A stretch of 63,797 nucleotides of DNA, filler included, from Octopus bimaculoides (lineage: Eukaryota): assembly GCF_001194135.2 (NCBI RefSeq). It is 9 parts of 8 records of this genome, joined end to end, with 100 filler letters (N's around TTAATTAATTAA, not from the genome) between each part and the next. Parts side by side here need not be neighbours in the genome. Positions count along the whole stretch, not along the records: positions 1 to 28,170 come from NC_068986.1; 8 more parts are not named here. The stretch is one strand, 5' to 3'. The notes below the pieces were generated by a model. That model was not told the DNA's origin and ran no database searches. It saw nothing but the letters and a program-made list of their open reading frames with translations. The translations under genes were made by a program, and so were the position numbers. Shown one piece after another: positions 11,353 through 23,650 of this stretch (positions are counted from its first letter, which is position 1; each line of letters starts with the position of its first letter).

Positions 11353-12460
11353 TCAATATATATGTATATGTATGTATGCATGCATGTATATATGCATATA
11401 TATATGTATGTGTGCGTATGTGTGTGTGTGTATGTATGTATGTTTGTATGTATGTATGTATGTATATATGTATGTGTTTATGTATGTATGACATTGTTTA
11501 GTTTTATTTCAAGATTCCTTGTCAATACAGAAAGAGTTGGTTTCTAATCTAGATCCAAGGCTCCTTGATTGGAATTTCCACATCAACACCAGGGTATATT
11601 TATATGTATGTATGTGTGCAGATTTGTATGTTTTGCTTTATGTATGTATTCTCATGCATATAGTTGCATATCTAGACATGCTCATATATATTTAAATGAT
11701 AAACTTCTGGAAACTTTTACAGATTTTTACAGTTCCAGTGATGGGTTTGATCTGTAGTCTTCGAATTAGCTTTCTCCGATCTCGTACGAAGCAGCAGTGA
11801 ATAAAAACATTTGTGTAAAGTCATATTTAACACGTTCGAGTGTATTCGGACGTAAGAAGTTCTTTCGATGCAGAGATAATCTCAAAAGAAACTTCTCTTA
11901 TGAAGAAGCGGTACGATGCATAAACGCATGCGTTCTACGCAATTCCAGAAATGAGCTTTCATATATGTCTATGCAGGGAATTCTTCGCCGGTTATCCATT
12001 CTTCACCTATTGACCTTTCTTTCCAACCAAAACAAACCAGCTCGAAATACAACGAAATGTTTTTACTAGTAATTTAATTTGGAATCATTAGAATGATAAC
12101 AAGAATATTCGCTGAATTTCTAAGCGTACCACTAACTTATGTCAATACTTCAACCGTTTCTCTAAATGTCACCATCATGATAATGCAATTTCTTCAGGTA
12201 ACTGCAATAGTTTCTTTGAAAATACAATCTTTAATTTCTTTATTACTTTCTGGTTTGTTTCAGTCATTGGACAGTAGCCATGCTAGAGCATCACATTGGA
12301 AGGTTTTTAGCAATCTAATTGGATCCAGTGTTTTTTTTATAACCCGCTACTTATTCCGTCTGTCTCTCTTTGCTGAACCGATTGATTACAGGGAAGTACA
12401 GAAACCGACAATAATTGTCAAATGCTGAAATCAAAGATAAACATGCATCTACATCCTAAC

Positions 12461-12501
<41 letters not shown>

Positions 12502-12567
12502 CGAACACACACATACAGACAAACAGGCAGATAGGTAGGTAGATAGATAGNNNNNNNNNNGACAGAC

Positions 12568-12615
<48 letters not shown>

Positions 12616-12711
12616 TTTCTTTTTCTTGAGTTCATGGACTTACAAAGGCACGTTACTCGGTTTCCATGGCATATAAGCAATCGAGATCCCAACATTCCGC
12701 TAGGGTTCAGG

Positions 12712-12905
12712 GTCAGCTATTTTGAGGGGCGGAATATAGTCCATACCATCGATTCTCGTCCTCAACTGGTTCTCTGTTTTCTCCATTAGAAGGAAGGAAT
12801 GAAAGGTGAAGTCGACCTAGACGGGATTTGAATTCAGAATGTAAATAGCCGGAAGAAATACCGCTAAGCATTTTGTTCGACGTATTATCGATTCTGCCAG
12901 CTCGC
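12712..12905 (-). mobile_element. SINE family B
   Basis: gaatgaaaggtgaagtcgacct..ggatttgaattcagaatgtaa..ccgctaagcatttt..ttctgccagctcgc. Confidence 0.8.
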
Positions 12906-12924
12906 AACCACTCTGTCTGTCTAT

Positions 12925-13027
12925 GTATCAGGAGTTCTGGAGATATCTTGTCCACGGACAAACAAACAAACAAACAAACAAACATGACTGAAAGGAATAT
13001 ATCCGCCTTCGCTAAGGCGGAGGTAAT
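12925..13027 (+). mobile_element. DINE-1/HINE-like (non-autonomous Helentron-type) 3' end
   Basis: (CAAA)n, a short spacer, then the terminal hairpin tccgcctt-cgct-aaggcgga (13002-13021) and ggtaat; this architecture is typical of DINE-1-like elements. Confidence 0.6.
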
Positions 13028-14194
13028 AATGTAACACTAAAATATTTGAATGGCGACTTGTTCTTAAGCTATGAGGAAATCTACGATTGACGTTTCTAAA
13101 TATTCTGAGAAATACACTTAGAAATATACGTTTCAATTCACTTAAATGCCAAGAAAAGGTGTAAAAACAAAAACAACCGAGAATTTTACCTGCCTTGAAT
13201 TGATATTTTATCCAAAGAATCATCGATTTCATGTCCAACATAAGAAAAAATACGAAGACGAAGTGAAAAATAATAGACAATGTATATTTGGTTTATGCTC
13301 AGGAAAAATAGAAGACTTTAATTCTGCAAACCTACGCTCTTCTACAGAAAAGATAGATAGGAGAGAACAAAAATGGAGAGAAAAAACGTATCAGAATTAA
13401 ACGGTCAAAGCATGCTAAAATTCTATTTTATATCGTCTACTTAAAGTCAGAAGATAATCTGTTTAACATAGCATAACAATCCTGATGATTTAGGTAAAGA
13501 CTGTTTTAAAATTTCTTTGACTTAATTAAAATGTATTATGTATCACAATTATGCAATTATGCATTTGCTGGTATTTATCTTAACGAAACAGGTGTTGAAT
13601 ACAATTACAGTACGAAATTTATGGGAATGCTATGCTTTTCTGCGAAATATGTTGCTCTTAAAATTCCTTTTTAATCGATTTTGTACATACTTGAAAGTCA
13701 GTCCCACTTGGATTTGTTGCGATGTCGGAGTTCAACGATCTGTTATTAACTCAGCTTTTAAATACCATGAATATATATTTTTTGATGTACATGAATTCTC
13801 AATACGGATAAGATCATAAACCTAATACTATACTTTTGTTTTTCAGAGTGTTTAGTGACAACCCGAAGTCGAACATGACAATATATTGTAATCATCATTT
13901 ATTTTTTTTCGCATAATTCCAATTTATTGTAAAATGACACAAAATTAATTGCTCAAGACTAACCCACCAAAGAATTTATTACAGATGTTGATGGATAACA
14001 TATAAACAACCTAAGAGAGAGAGAGAGAGAAGGAGAGAGAGAGAGAGAGAGGGGAGGGAGAGAGAGGGGAGGGAGCATGCGTAATTCTAGCTAAATCGAA
14101 GCTAATGAAAATCAACACGTTTCAAATCGGCAATCAAGACTAGACCTGGGGTGAATACTGGAGCGGTTTTTCGTTGTCTTTTCCAAGAAGGTGG

Positions 14195-14385
14195 GATTTG
14201 AACTCAGAATGAAGAGAGACAAAAGATACACCGTAAAGCATTTCTGCTGACGCGCTGACCCGCAGAGCAACAGGAACTGAAATGTTGAGCTCAAGTACAC
14301 AACATGCCGCCCGACCCGAGAATCGAAACCATGATCCAACGATTGTGCATGCAATACCTTAACCACTAGGCCACGCGGCTTTACA
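14195..14385 (-). mobile_element. Adjacent SINE B and SINE D 5' fragments
   Basis: ggatttgaactcagaat..aagcattt..cgcgctgac, followed by ttgagctcaagtacacaacatgccgcccgacccgagaatcgaaacc. Confidence 0.7.
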
Positions 14386-14854
14386 CAATCAGCTGTATAT
14401 TATCTTAAATTTTCTTGTAAAAAAAAATGGATAAATATTTGCCATGAACCAAAAAAATCAATAAAGAAGCCCTCTCCCGCATTCAAATTTGAAATTGCCT
14501 CTGACAAAGTTCCTAAAAAATGNNNNNNNNNNNNNNNNNNNNNNNNNNNNNNNNNNNNNNNNNNNNNNNNNNNNNNNNNNNNNNNNNNNNNNNNNNNNNN
14601 NNNNNNNNNNNNNNNNNNNNNNNNNNNNNNNNNNNNNNNNNNNNNNNNNNNNNNNNNNNNNNNNNNNNNNNNNNNNNNNNNNNNNNNNNNNNNNNNNNNN
14701 NNNNNNNNNNNNNNNNNNNNNNNNNNNNNNNNNNNNNNNNNNNNNNNNNNNNNNNNNNNNNNNNNNNNNNNNNNNNNNNNNNNNNNNNNNNNNNNNNNNN
14801 NNNNNNNNNNNNNNNNNNNNNNNNNNNNNNNNNNNNNNNNNNNTCCAAGCACTG

Positions 14855-15105
14855 AAAAGTACCTCACCCTTAAACTATAAGAACGGTTTCTGATTCAGTA
14901 AATTTGAGAATATTGAAAGGAAGGAAAAGTAGTCGATTCCGTTGCCCCCAGAATTTGAGTGGTACTTTGATTTAAAGATCCTGAAAGGATGAAAAGTGAA
15001 GTTGGCCTCGATGAGATTTGAACTCAGAACGTCAAGAAACGAAAGAAATACCGCGGAGTAGTTTTCCGATTCCTCTAATGATGCTGCCATTTCACCGCCT
15101 TCCGG
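14855..15105 (-). mobile_element. SINE family B
   Basis: ctgaaaggatgaaaagtgaagttggcctcgatgagatttgaactcagaacgt. Confidence 0.8.
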
Positions 15106-15361
15106 AAAAAAAATAAATAAAAACAAAAAGATAGATAAAAATTTCATTAACTGACGTTAATTGAGTGTACTTCGTTTTTATAATTTGTTTTGTAAGATTC
15201 TTGATGTGATTTCGTGTGTTGAAACAAATTTTGTTGCGTCTTGGGAGACTGATTACGCCAATAATAACACGCGCAGAAGTTGAATTCCATTTCTTTATTG
15301 TTAACAATAACGAGGTGGAATTGAACCTGTTCGTGTGTTATTATTCTTGGCATATCTTTTA

Positions 15362-15449
15362 TCTTTTACTTGTTTCTGTCATCAGACTGTGGCCATGCTG
15401 TGGCACCACCTTGGGCAATTTTTTAGTCGAATGAACTGACCCCAGTACT
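15362..15449 (-). mobile_element. SINE A 3' tail fragment with probable TSD
   Basis: ttttacttgtttctgtcatcagactgtggccatgctg; flanked by catatctttt-at (15351) and catatcttt-at (15450). Confidence 0.65.
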
Positions 15450-15779
15450 CATATCTTTATGTTAACAATAGAGAAGGGGAATTGAACCCGTACGTGTGTT
15501 ATTGGCGTGATGACTCTCCTAAGACACAACTAAATGATCGCGGTTATCAATCAACTGGTGATCAGGCAAGGGACTGAAAATTAGGCATAGGGAGAGTATC
15601 AGTGGCAAGTAGGCCGTGGTATAACGGATGGTGCTTGTGCATACACACTCGGTTTGCCGGGTGCTTACCACCTACGTTACGGCACTCGCCCTTGTAAAAA
15701 GTATTTTTAACATTCTCCCTTTCCAACAGAGAAACAAACACATGTGAGCTAATCATGTGCTTTCAAGCTCTCTTCTCTC

Positions 15780-15818
<39 letters not shown>

Positions 15819-17025
15819 CTCTATCTATCTACCGTATAGTGTATACACACGAACGAGCCCTCTCTTCACACACACAAACGCACACACACATACATTGACA
15901 TCTTGCTGTTTCGCTTGTTTTCTTCTCCACTTTTGTTTTTTTCCCTACATCTCTCATCCCTTTCTGCTTTTTCTCCTCCTTCATCAACCTCTCTTTCTCC
16001 CACTCTCTCTCTCTCTCTCTCTCTCCTTCTCTCTCTCTCTCTCTTTCTACCTCATTCTATTCCTTTATTCTCCACCCTGTCTGTTAATCTGTTTGCCACG
16101 CACCCTACCCCGTAATCCCCCTTTTTTTTTGTCTCTCCCATTTCCCATTTCTTCATCACTTTCACAATCTTTATACAAGTGCCTNNNNNNNNNNNNNNNN
16201 NNNNNNNNNNNNNNNNNNNNNNNNNNNNNNNNNNNNNNNNNNNNNNNNNNNNNNNNNNNNNNNNNNNNNNNNNNNNNNNNNNNNNNNNNNNNNNNNNNNN
16301 NNNNNNNNNNNNNNNNNNNNNNNNNNNNNNNNNNNNNNNNNNNNNNNNNNNNNNNNNNNNNNNNNNNNNNNNNNNNNNNNNNNNNNNNNNNNNNNNNNNN
16401 NNNNNNNNNNNNNNNNNNNNNNNNNNNNNNNNNNNNNNNNNNNNNNNNNNNNNNNNNNNNNNNNNNNNNNNNNNNNNNNNNNNNNNNNNNNNNNNNNNNN
16501 NNNNNNNNNNNNNNNNNNNNNNNNNNNNNNNNNNNNNNNNNNNNNNNNNNNNNNNNNNNNNNNNNNNNNNNNNNNNNNNNNNNNNNNNNNNNNNNNNNNN
16601 NNNNNNNNNNNNNNNNNNNNNNNNNNNNNNNNNNNNNNNNNNNNNNNNNNNNNNNNNNNNNNNNNNNNNNNNNNNNNNNNNNNNNNNNNNNNNNNNNNNN
16701 NNNNNNNNNNNNNNNNNNNNNNNNNNNNNNNNNNNNNNNNNNNNNNNNNNNNNNNNNNNNNNNNNNNNNNNNNNNNNNNNNNNNNNNNNNNNNNNNNNNN
16801 NNNNNNNNNNNNNNNNNNNNNNNNNNNNNNNNNNNNNNNNNNNNNNNNNNNNNNNNNNNNNNNNNNNNNNNNNNNNNNNNNNNNNNNNNNNNNNNNNNNN
16901 NNNNNNNNNNNNNNNNNNNNNNNNNNNNNNNNNNNNNNNNNNNNNNNNNNNNNNNNNNNNNNNNNNNNNNNNNNNNNNNNNNNNNNNNNNNNNNNNNNNN
17001 NNNNTATTATTATTATTATTATTAA

Positions 17026-17590
17026 TGAGTGAGAGAGCAGTGCATGCCATCAAAGTGACACTGGAGTAAAATATACGAAGCCCAATATACCCATCATGAC
17101 TACCCGTCTGATAAGGGTACACCAGACACATGTATCACAATCATATGTGTGCGACATGGTAATCTCATATCAAAATAAACAGCGCATGACCTCACAGGTG
17201 GGGCCCAGTTAGAATTTTCTTCAGGTCGAGTAGCCCATCCCGCTCAAAAGGTCCTTGAATAAGGTTTGTTTAAGGATGTTGAACAAAATATCCATGTTTC
17301 CAAAGGTGAATTATTCAAACCCCGAAAGAATTCATCTCAACACATGGCTATGATGCTCCCCCACTACTTCTGCTCATGATCAGAGATGCACATATCGTCA
17401 GCCACCAAAGGACATGCTCAACTGGTTAAGGCCAAACAACTGACAAGCAAATATGTGGTATTAAGCAGAATATTTGCTGTAGCCCATCTTTTTATACCAA
17501 GACAAAACAATCTACATGATAATACTTCCAATCAATTAAGATCAGAAACCATGAGAGCCACTGCCTGGTACTGCATCCGGGCATTTATTA
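17026..17590. mobile_element. Unclassified ~570-bp interspersed element bounded by (ATT)n on both sides
   Basis: Balanced-GC block sharply bounded by ATT repeats. No second copy in the window, so repeat status is from recollection only. Confidence 0.4.
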
Positions 17591-17610
17591 CTATTATTAT
17601 TATTATTTCG

Positions 17611-17770
17611 CTGGTATTTCTCAATCTTTTCTGTTTCCTTACATTTCACCCTCGAATCGCCTGGTATTGCAACATTTATTATCTTTGCTTCTTTTTCATC
17701 TTTATGGATGATCACGATATCTGGTCGTCTCACCTCTATGACTTTCCCGCACTGTATATTAAAATCCCCG
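17611..17770 (-). pseudogene. Restriction-like endonuclease (PD-D/ExK) fragment of an R2/R4/NeSL-type non-LTR retrotransposon
   Basis: DFNIQCGKVIEVRRPDIVIIHKDEKEAKIINVAIPGDSRVKCKETEKIEKYQ contains the RPD, (I)DVAIP-like and K..KY motifs of RLE domains. Confidence 0.85.
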
Positions 17771-17825
17771 ATTATTATTATTATTATTATTATCATTATC
17801 ATCATCATCATCATCATCATATTAA

Positions 17826-17995
17826 GTGGTGAGCTGGCAGAATCGTTAGCACGCCGGGCAAAATGCTTAGAATTTTGCCCGTCTTTACACTCCGAGTTCA
17901 AGTTTCGCCGAAGTCGACTTTTCTTTTCATCATTTCGGGTCAATGAATTAAGTACTAGTAAAGTATGAGGGTCAATATGATCGACTTACCCTCTC
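17826..17995 (+). mobile_element. SINE family B whose tail is interrupted by a MITE
   Basis: gagctggcagaatcgttagcacgccgggc..; the tail resumes after 18715 (accctctcccccaaaac). Confidence 0.85.
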
Positions 17996-18715
17996 GGATC
18001 TTGTTCAAAACGGGGGCACCAGTTTTCATTTATGTTTTATGTAGTGTTTTGGTACCGAAAGACTTTCAAACTTCGTATACTTATCTATTTTGTGTTATAG
18101 AACAGAAAAATATTTTTGTATTCGAATTTATTTCATGTAAAAAATTGTCTTATTTCGATAATTTCTACTAATCACTGACGTCTATTCAGTTGAAAACAGT
18201 TAGCGCTGTAACGGTGTATATCGTATTAATCCCCTAACCCTAACCCTAACTAGACTGTTAACCCTAACCCTAACCCTAACCCTAAAACTAANNNNNNNNN
18301 NNNNNNNNNNNNNNNNNNNNNNNNNNNNNNNNNNNNNNNNNNNNNNNNNNNNNNNNNNNNNNNNNNNNNNNNNNNNNNNNNNNNNNNNNNNNNNNNNNNN
18401 NNNNNNNNNNNNNNNNNNNNNNNNNNNNNNNNNNNNNNNNNNNNNNNNNNNNNNNNNNNNNNNNNNNNNNNNNNNNNNNNNNNNNNNNNNNNNNNNNNNN
18501 NNNNNNNNNNNNNNNNNNNNNNNNNNNNNNNNNNNNNNNNNNNNNNNNNNNNNNNNNNNNNNNNNNNNNNNNNNNNNNNNNNNNNNNNNNNNNNNNNNNN
18601 NNNNNNNNNNNNNNNNNNNNNNNNNNNNNNNNNNNNNNNNNACATTCTACCAGTGTCCCAAATTTCAAAGTGTTTCGTTAAGAAAATACTGGTGCCCCCG
18701 TTTTGAACTAGATCC
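17996..18715. mobile_element. MITE with GG termini and 8-bp TSD (Merlin-like), containing (TAACCC)n
   Basis: TIR ggatcttgttcaaaacgggggcaccagt / actggtgcccccgttttgaactagatcc; TSD ACCCTCTC at 17988-17995 and 18716-18723; TAACCC repeats at about 18233-18283. Confidence 0.85.
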
Positions 18716-18734
18716 ACCCTCTCCCCCAAAACTT

Positions 18735-18880
18735 CAGTACGCAACTAGTACTTAATTTATCGACCCCGAAAGGATGAAAGGCAAAGTCGACCTCGTCGGA
18801 ATTTGAACTCAGAACGTAAAGACAGACGAAATACAGCGAAGCATTTCGCCGGGCGTGCTAACGTTTCTGCCAGCTTGTCC
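18735..18880 (-). mobile_element. SINE family B
   Basis: gaccccgaaaggatgaaaggcaaagtcgacctcgtcggaatttgaactcagaacg..ctaacgtttctgccagc. Confidence 0.9.
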
Positions 18881-21194
18881 CCTTATTATTTTCAAATATT
18901 ACTGACAAAATATTAATTCTCTCCGTTGAGCGACAAGCTCATTAAAATATATTACTCTAAAGTCAAATTTTAATGCTCATTCCACTTGTCCCAGATCTCG
19001 TAGTTCACTAGTGAAACTTCCTTACAGTTTTGCTCTCACTTCACCCAACCTCATTTGCAGTACTTATCTATTCGCTCTTACTGTTAGCATAACATGCCCC
19101 GCGCACGCGCGTTGGTGTGTGTGCTTGTGTATGAGTGCCGACCTCTATCTCCCTTTAAACTATATAATATATAGTCATTAATTTGGCATCCATTTCAAGG
19201 ATAGGAAATAATGTTTATGGTGTGTAATAAACGGTTTCTGCACTCCCAGTACGTATTTTTAATTGATAATGAACAAATAGACAATTAGAAAATCGTTCTG
19301 ATAGGGGAGAAGTGGGAGAAACAAAGTAGACAAATGCAAAAAGATATATTTGAATTCGAGGTCGAGACAAAAAGTAAATATGACAGATAAATGGAGGTAT
19401 TAACTTTCTCTGTCTTTTCTCTCTTTCATTCTTTCTTTTTGTCTTTCTTTCTGTCATCCAATAAGCGTTCGTCTAAGATGAGCTGATAAACGATCTCGTT
19501 TAATGCAGTATACATCCGCTCCTGGATCTGGTGGTGAATACCCCAGCACTTCCCTCTCTAGAGCTAACAAATTTTGTATAGTCAACACTTAAACACATGC
19601 AATAATAGACGCACGCATGCACACACATATAAATAAGCACACACACCAACAATCATACATGCATATAAAAAGATATACATATGTATTTTGTGGTGGTGGT
19701 GGTGGAGGATAGAGAAACAACATCGCTGTTGAAAAGAATTCCGACTCAGGAAGATCTTAAATAGTTTTGGTCTGACATCTGGAATGGAAAGAAGAATCTC
19801 AACCATAAAGCGTCATGGCTCAATACAATCATGAATGAATTCTCACACAACACCAACAGACACCATCGACTTCAAAATGTTTACTAAAGCTGTGGGAAAG
19901 CTGTATAATAGCATTAAGAAGAGACCTAATTTTTCGGCAATGGTACGAAGTATTAACGTCTACAGAAGGCTACTCACGTGTATGTTTAAAAATGTATGAG
20001 AGACCAAATTGACATAACAATCCAGCTTGCTTTGGTAGAATAAATCTTGTAGCCAAGAAAAATAACATTGGCAGGATGCTGTCGGTTCATTACTAGCCAA
20101 GTTTTATCCAAACCATTTAAGACTTTTATTTCTTTTATAACTAGCATTTACGCCAAGCTCATTGCGAGTCTAAAAAGACAGTGACTATTATGTAGGCAAA
20201 TAGGAAAATAGAGAGTGTAGGGGATTATTCCAAATAATTTCTAGTTAATAAGGCAGTGTTGTTGGAAATAGAAAGAATATTGGAGGAACCTTGTCAGTGT
20301 ATGGTTTCGTTGCTGAAAAAGTGTTTTTCGTGGTTAACAGCATCACGAAAAATACATGGAAATATTTGGAAATATGAAGAGAAACCTTCTTTTCACATAC
20401 GAGGTATCTAACATGTAGAAATCATGGCAAAAGATTTATTATTGTGTAACTCGAGGGAGCTTTGCTAGTGTAGATATATGCAATGGCAGTCGGTTCGTCT
20501 GTCAAACATCTGAGAGTGAACCAAAGACCCAGCATTCTTCATATCGTCATGTACTACACAGCATACACAAAACATGAAGTGGATTATGGATTATGCATCA
20601 GTGTACCGGTCTGAACATAAGTTTCAGAAACATGTGCCCAGCTTTCTTTTGTATGATTGTTAGTGTTGTTTGTAGCAAAAAGGTACGGGGAATAGGATGG
20701 CCTGATACGAACGTGACAATTACTGATCTCTGGAAACCATGTGACCTTTTAGGAGCTGCATGACTATTCAGAAATGACAATGGACTTCTCTTAAAACATT
20801 CCTACCATCTTGAAAAAAAAAGAAAGAAAAAGAATTGAAAATATGATATTGTAATATGTCTCTGGTTAACCAACGGTTGACAGCTTTTGTCTCGATGTTC
20901 TGAATAGTTTCTGAGTTCATTAGTCCGGAAGAAAAATTCCTGCTTAAAATAGACACAAATAATTGAAATTTACTTTCTAACCCAGCAAATAAAGATTTCT
21001 CAGATTGGTTACAAGGTTACAGATTGGTTACATCTCTTGAGAAAATTCACGGCTGACTGAATTGACCTTAGTACATGAGACGTACTTATCTGATCGAACT
21101 CGGAGTGATAAAAGGAAACTTTGGCGAGATTTCAATTTAGTAAGTAGAAAGAGGAACAGAATTAAGTACCATACGCATTTGCTTCAAACCCCTG

Positions 21195-21578
21195 TGTAGG
21201 TTCGTGGTTAAGTGGTTAGGATATTTGACTGGCGACTGTAAGATCGTGAGTTCGATTCCCGGCGACGCATTGTGTCCTTTAACAAGACACTTTATTCCAC
21301 GTTGTCCCAGTTCATTCAGCTGGCAAAAATGAGTGGTGCCTGTATTTTAAAGGGCCAGCCTTATCGTATTCTGTCACGTTGAATCTCCTTGAGAACTACG
21401 TTAAGGGTACGCGTGTCTGTGGAGTGCTCGGCCACTTTCACATTAATTACACAAGCAGGAGTAGGTGTGTGGTAAGTAGCTTGTTTACCAACCACATCGT
21501 TCCGGATAGTGTCGGGCCGACCAAAGCTTAGAGAGTGGATTTGGTAGACGGAAACAGAAAGAAGTCTGTCGGATATAT

Positions 21579-21620
<42 letters not shown>

Positions 21621-21890
21621 TTGTGTGTCTGTGTTTGTCCCCGCCCCACCATCGCTTGACAACCGATGCTGGTGTGCTTACGTCCCCGTAACCTAGCGGT
21701 TCGGCAAAAGAGATCGATAGAATAAGTATTAGGCTTACAAAGAATAAGTCCGGGGTCGATCATTTCGACTTAAGGCGGTCTTCCAGCATGGCCGCAGTCA
21801 AATGTCTGTAACAAATAAAAGAGTAGAAAGGTTATTCAGTTGATTGGATCAATCGGAAGTCTCGTTGTTATGACACAAAGAGTGTCAGTT
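21195..21890 (+). mobile_element. SINE family D, full length, split by SINE A
   Basis: Head and CORE at 21195-21330; tail runs to cacaagcagg (21460) and resumes at 21830 (gttattcagttgattggatcaatcggaa). Confidence 0.8.
21460..21825 (+). mobile_element. SINE family A nested in SINE D
   Basis: ggtgtgtggtaag..gacggaaacagaaagaag, (TG)n, cgcttgacaaccgatgctgg..ccagcatggccgcagtcaaatg. Confidence 0.9.
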
Positions 21891-22799
21891 ATTCCAGGTC
21901 CCTGCCGTTTCTGCCAATCTAACGCTTCCGTAAATTATATATAAAAATGATAAATTATTCTAACAAATAAAAAGAAAGAAAGAGACTGCAGAAGAGAAGC
22001 GTAAGCGGCGTTTTCTATTTAAGAACGATATTGGAAACCGTTCATATACTTGCTTAGAAAACCTTTCAGTCGATGTTGTTGTTACTGTTGTTGTATGGCC
22101 TCCAACCCCGGGTCATTTCTGATCGATCAGATGTATGAGACCCTACTAATTGGCCGAGCAACTAAACACCACCCACGGGACTATGGTTCCAAATCTCATT
22201 ATTTTAGAAATAATGTTGGAGTTGCTGTTGCTGTTTAACATAAGATCAGCTCCGATCAAAGTCATTCCAGCTAAGATCATCCGTCGTATATTTTTAGCTT
22301 GTGGCTCAGACCTAAAACATCTAGTGTATACTTCGTTTTCTAAAGGGGTAGAGGACGTTAGGTTGCTATTTCTAGTAGGCCGAGCAGGCCTAATTGCTGG
22401 TTCCTGTTACATACATTTGTATATTGTAGTGATGGTTGCGATACATGCGGACAAGTTCACCCAGTGAAGTCAGAGTGCATGAGTTACTATTCATGCGAGG
22501 ACAAATGATATACATACATACATACATACATAAAAACGTGCATACACACACATGCACGCGCACACAATCACGCGCACACACGCACGCGCACACATATCAC
22601 CATATCATATATAATTATATAATTATATTAATATATATTAATCATGCGAAATCGGTCAGAGATCAAACAACTGGGTATAAATAGAGTGATTCAACACTCT
22701 GCATATACCTTCCTGCATACTCCGACACGGTGTATGCTGTATAACGGTCTGTGCATTTATTTTTAACATTGTCGACTCCGTTTTCTCTTACATAATTTC

Positions 22800-22985
22800 A
22801 GGATTTCGCGGTTACGGGGTTGCACACATGATCGCAAGACCGTGGTTTCGATTCCAGGACTGGGCGGAATGTTGTGTTCATGAGCAAAGCACTTTATTTC
22901 GCATTTCCCCAGTCCATTCTGCTGTGAATGAGTAACCCTACAACTGACAGGTGTCCCGTTCTGACGGAATGTTGAGGCCTCGACC
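22800..22985 (+). mobile_element. SINE family D-like head + CORE
   Basis: gtggtttcgattccaggactgggcgg..ttgtgttcatgagcaaagcactttatttcgc. Confidence 0.7.
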
Positions 22986-23065
22986 GGCAGCAGGGGCAGA
23001 AGGAAACAATTTTTTGGCTTTCAGGCGTGTTGTATTGAAAACGTAACTATGTTCTAATTTAATAT

Positions 23066-23219
23066 ACTGGCTTTGTGGTAAGAAGCTTGCTTCCAAGCCA
23101 CATGGTTAGGGGTTCAGTGCCATTGCGAGGCATTTTGGGCAAGTGTCTTCTACTATAGCCTCGGGCCGACCACAGCCTTGTGGGTGGACTTGGTACACGG
23201 ATACTGAAAGAAGCCCGTC

Positions 23220-23222
<3 letters not shown>
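23066..23222 (+). mobile_element. SINE family A 5' half ending in (TA)n
   Basis: tggtaagaagcttgcttcc..ttgggcaagtgtcttctactatagcctcgggccgacc..gaaagaagcccgtcgta. Confidence 0.9.
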
Positions 23223-23272
<50 letters not shown>

Positions 23273-23554
23273 CATAAGTATAGTAGATAGAATGGAAAAA
23301 AGTTCAAATCAGGCAGACTAAGATTAATACATACGTATACAGGTTTAGTTTAGATAAAATAAGGATTGTCTGAACTGAAATATATATTGATACATTAGAG
23401 ATATAAAAATATATGAATACTAAAAATATACATGGACATATAGGTATGTAGATATATAAACGTACTGAGAATATAATATAAATGAAAATAATAGTGGAAT
23501 ATAAATACAAAATTTTAATGGGATAGTAATATGCATTAAAAGGAGTTTGGGGTT

Positions 23555-23650
23555 ACATGTTAGATGAAGTAGAGTGTTCCGACGATCGTTTCTGGTGCGG
23601 GAATCGAACTCACGATCTAGCGATCGTATGAGCAATACCTTAACCACCAA
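23555..23650 (-). mobile_element. SINE D-like head fragment
   Basis: gggaatcgaactcacgatct..ccttaaccacc. Confidence 0.55.

Noticed and set aside
17095-17140. ctgataagggtacacc..acatgtatc as a hammerhead
   Set aside because: Core lacks G8 and there is no GAAA
18233-18291. True telomere or chromosome end
   Set aside because: Repeats are enclosed by MITE TIRs and a TSD
20605-20640. ctgaaca..gaaacatgtg hammerhead-like string
   Set aside because: Core mismatch, no stem II and a non-cleavable GUG triplet
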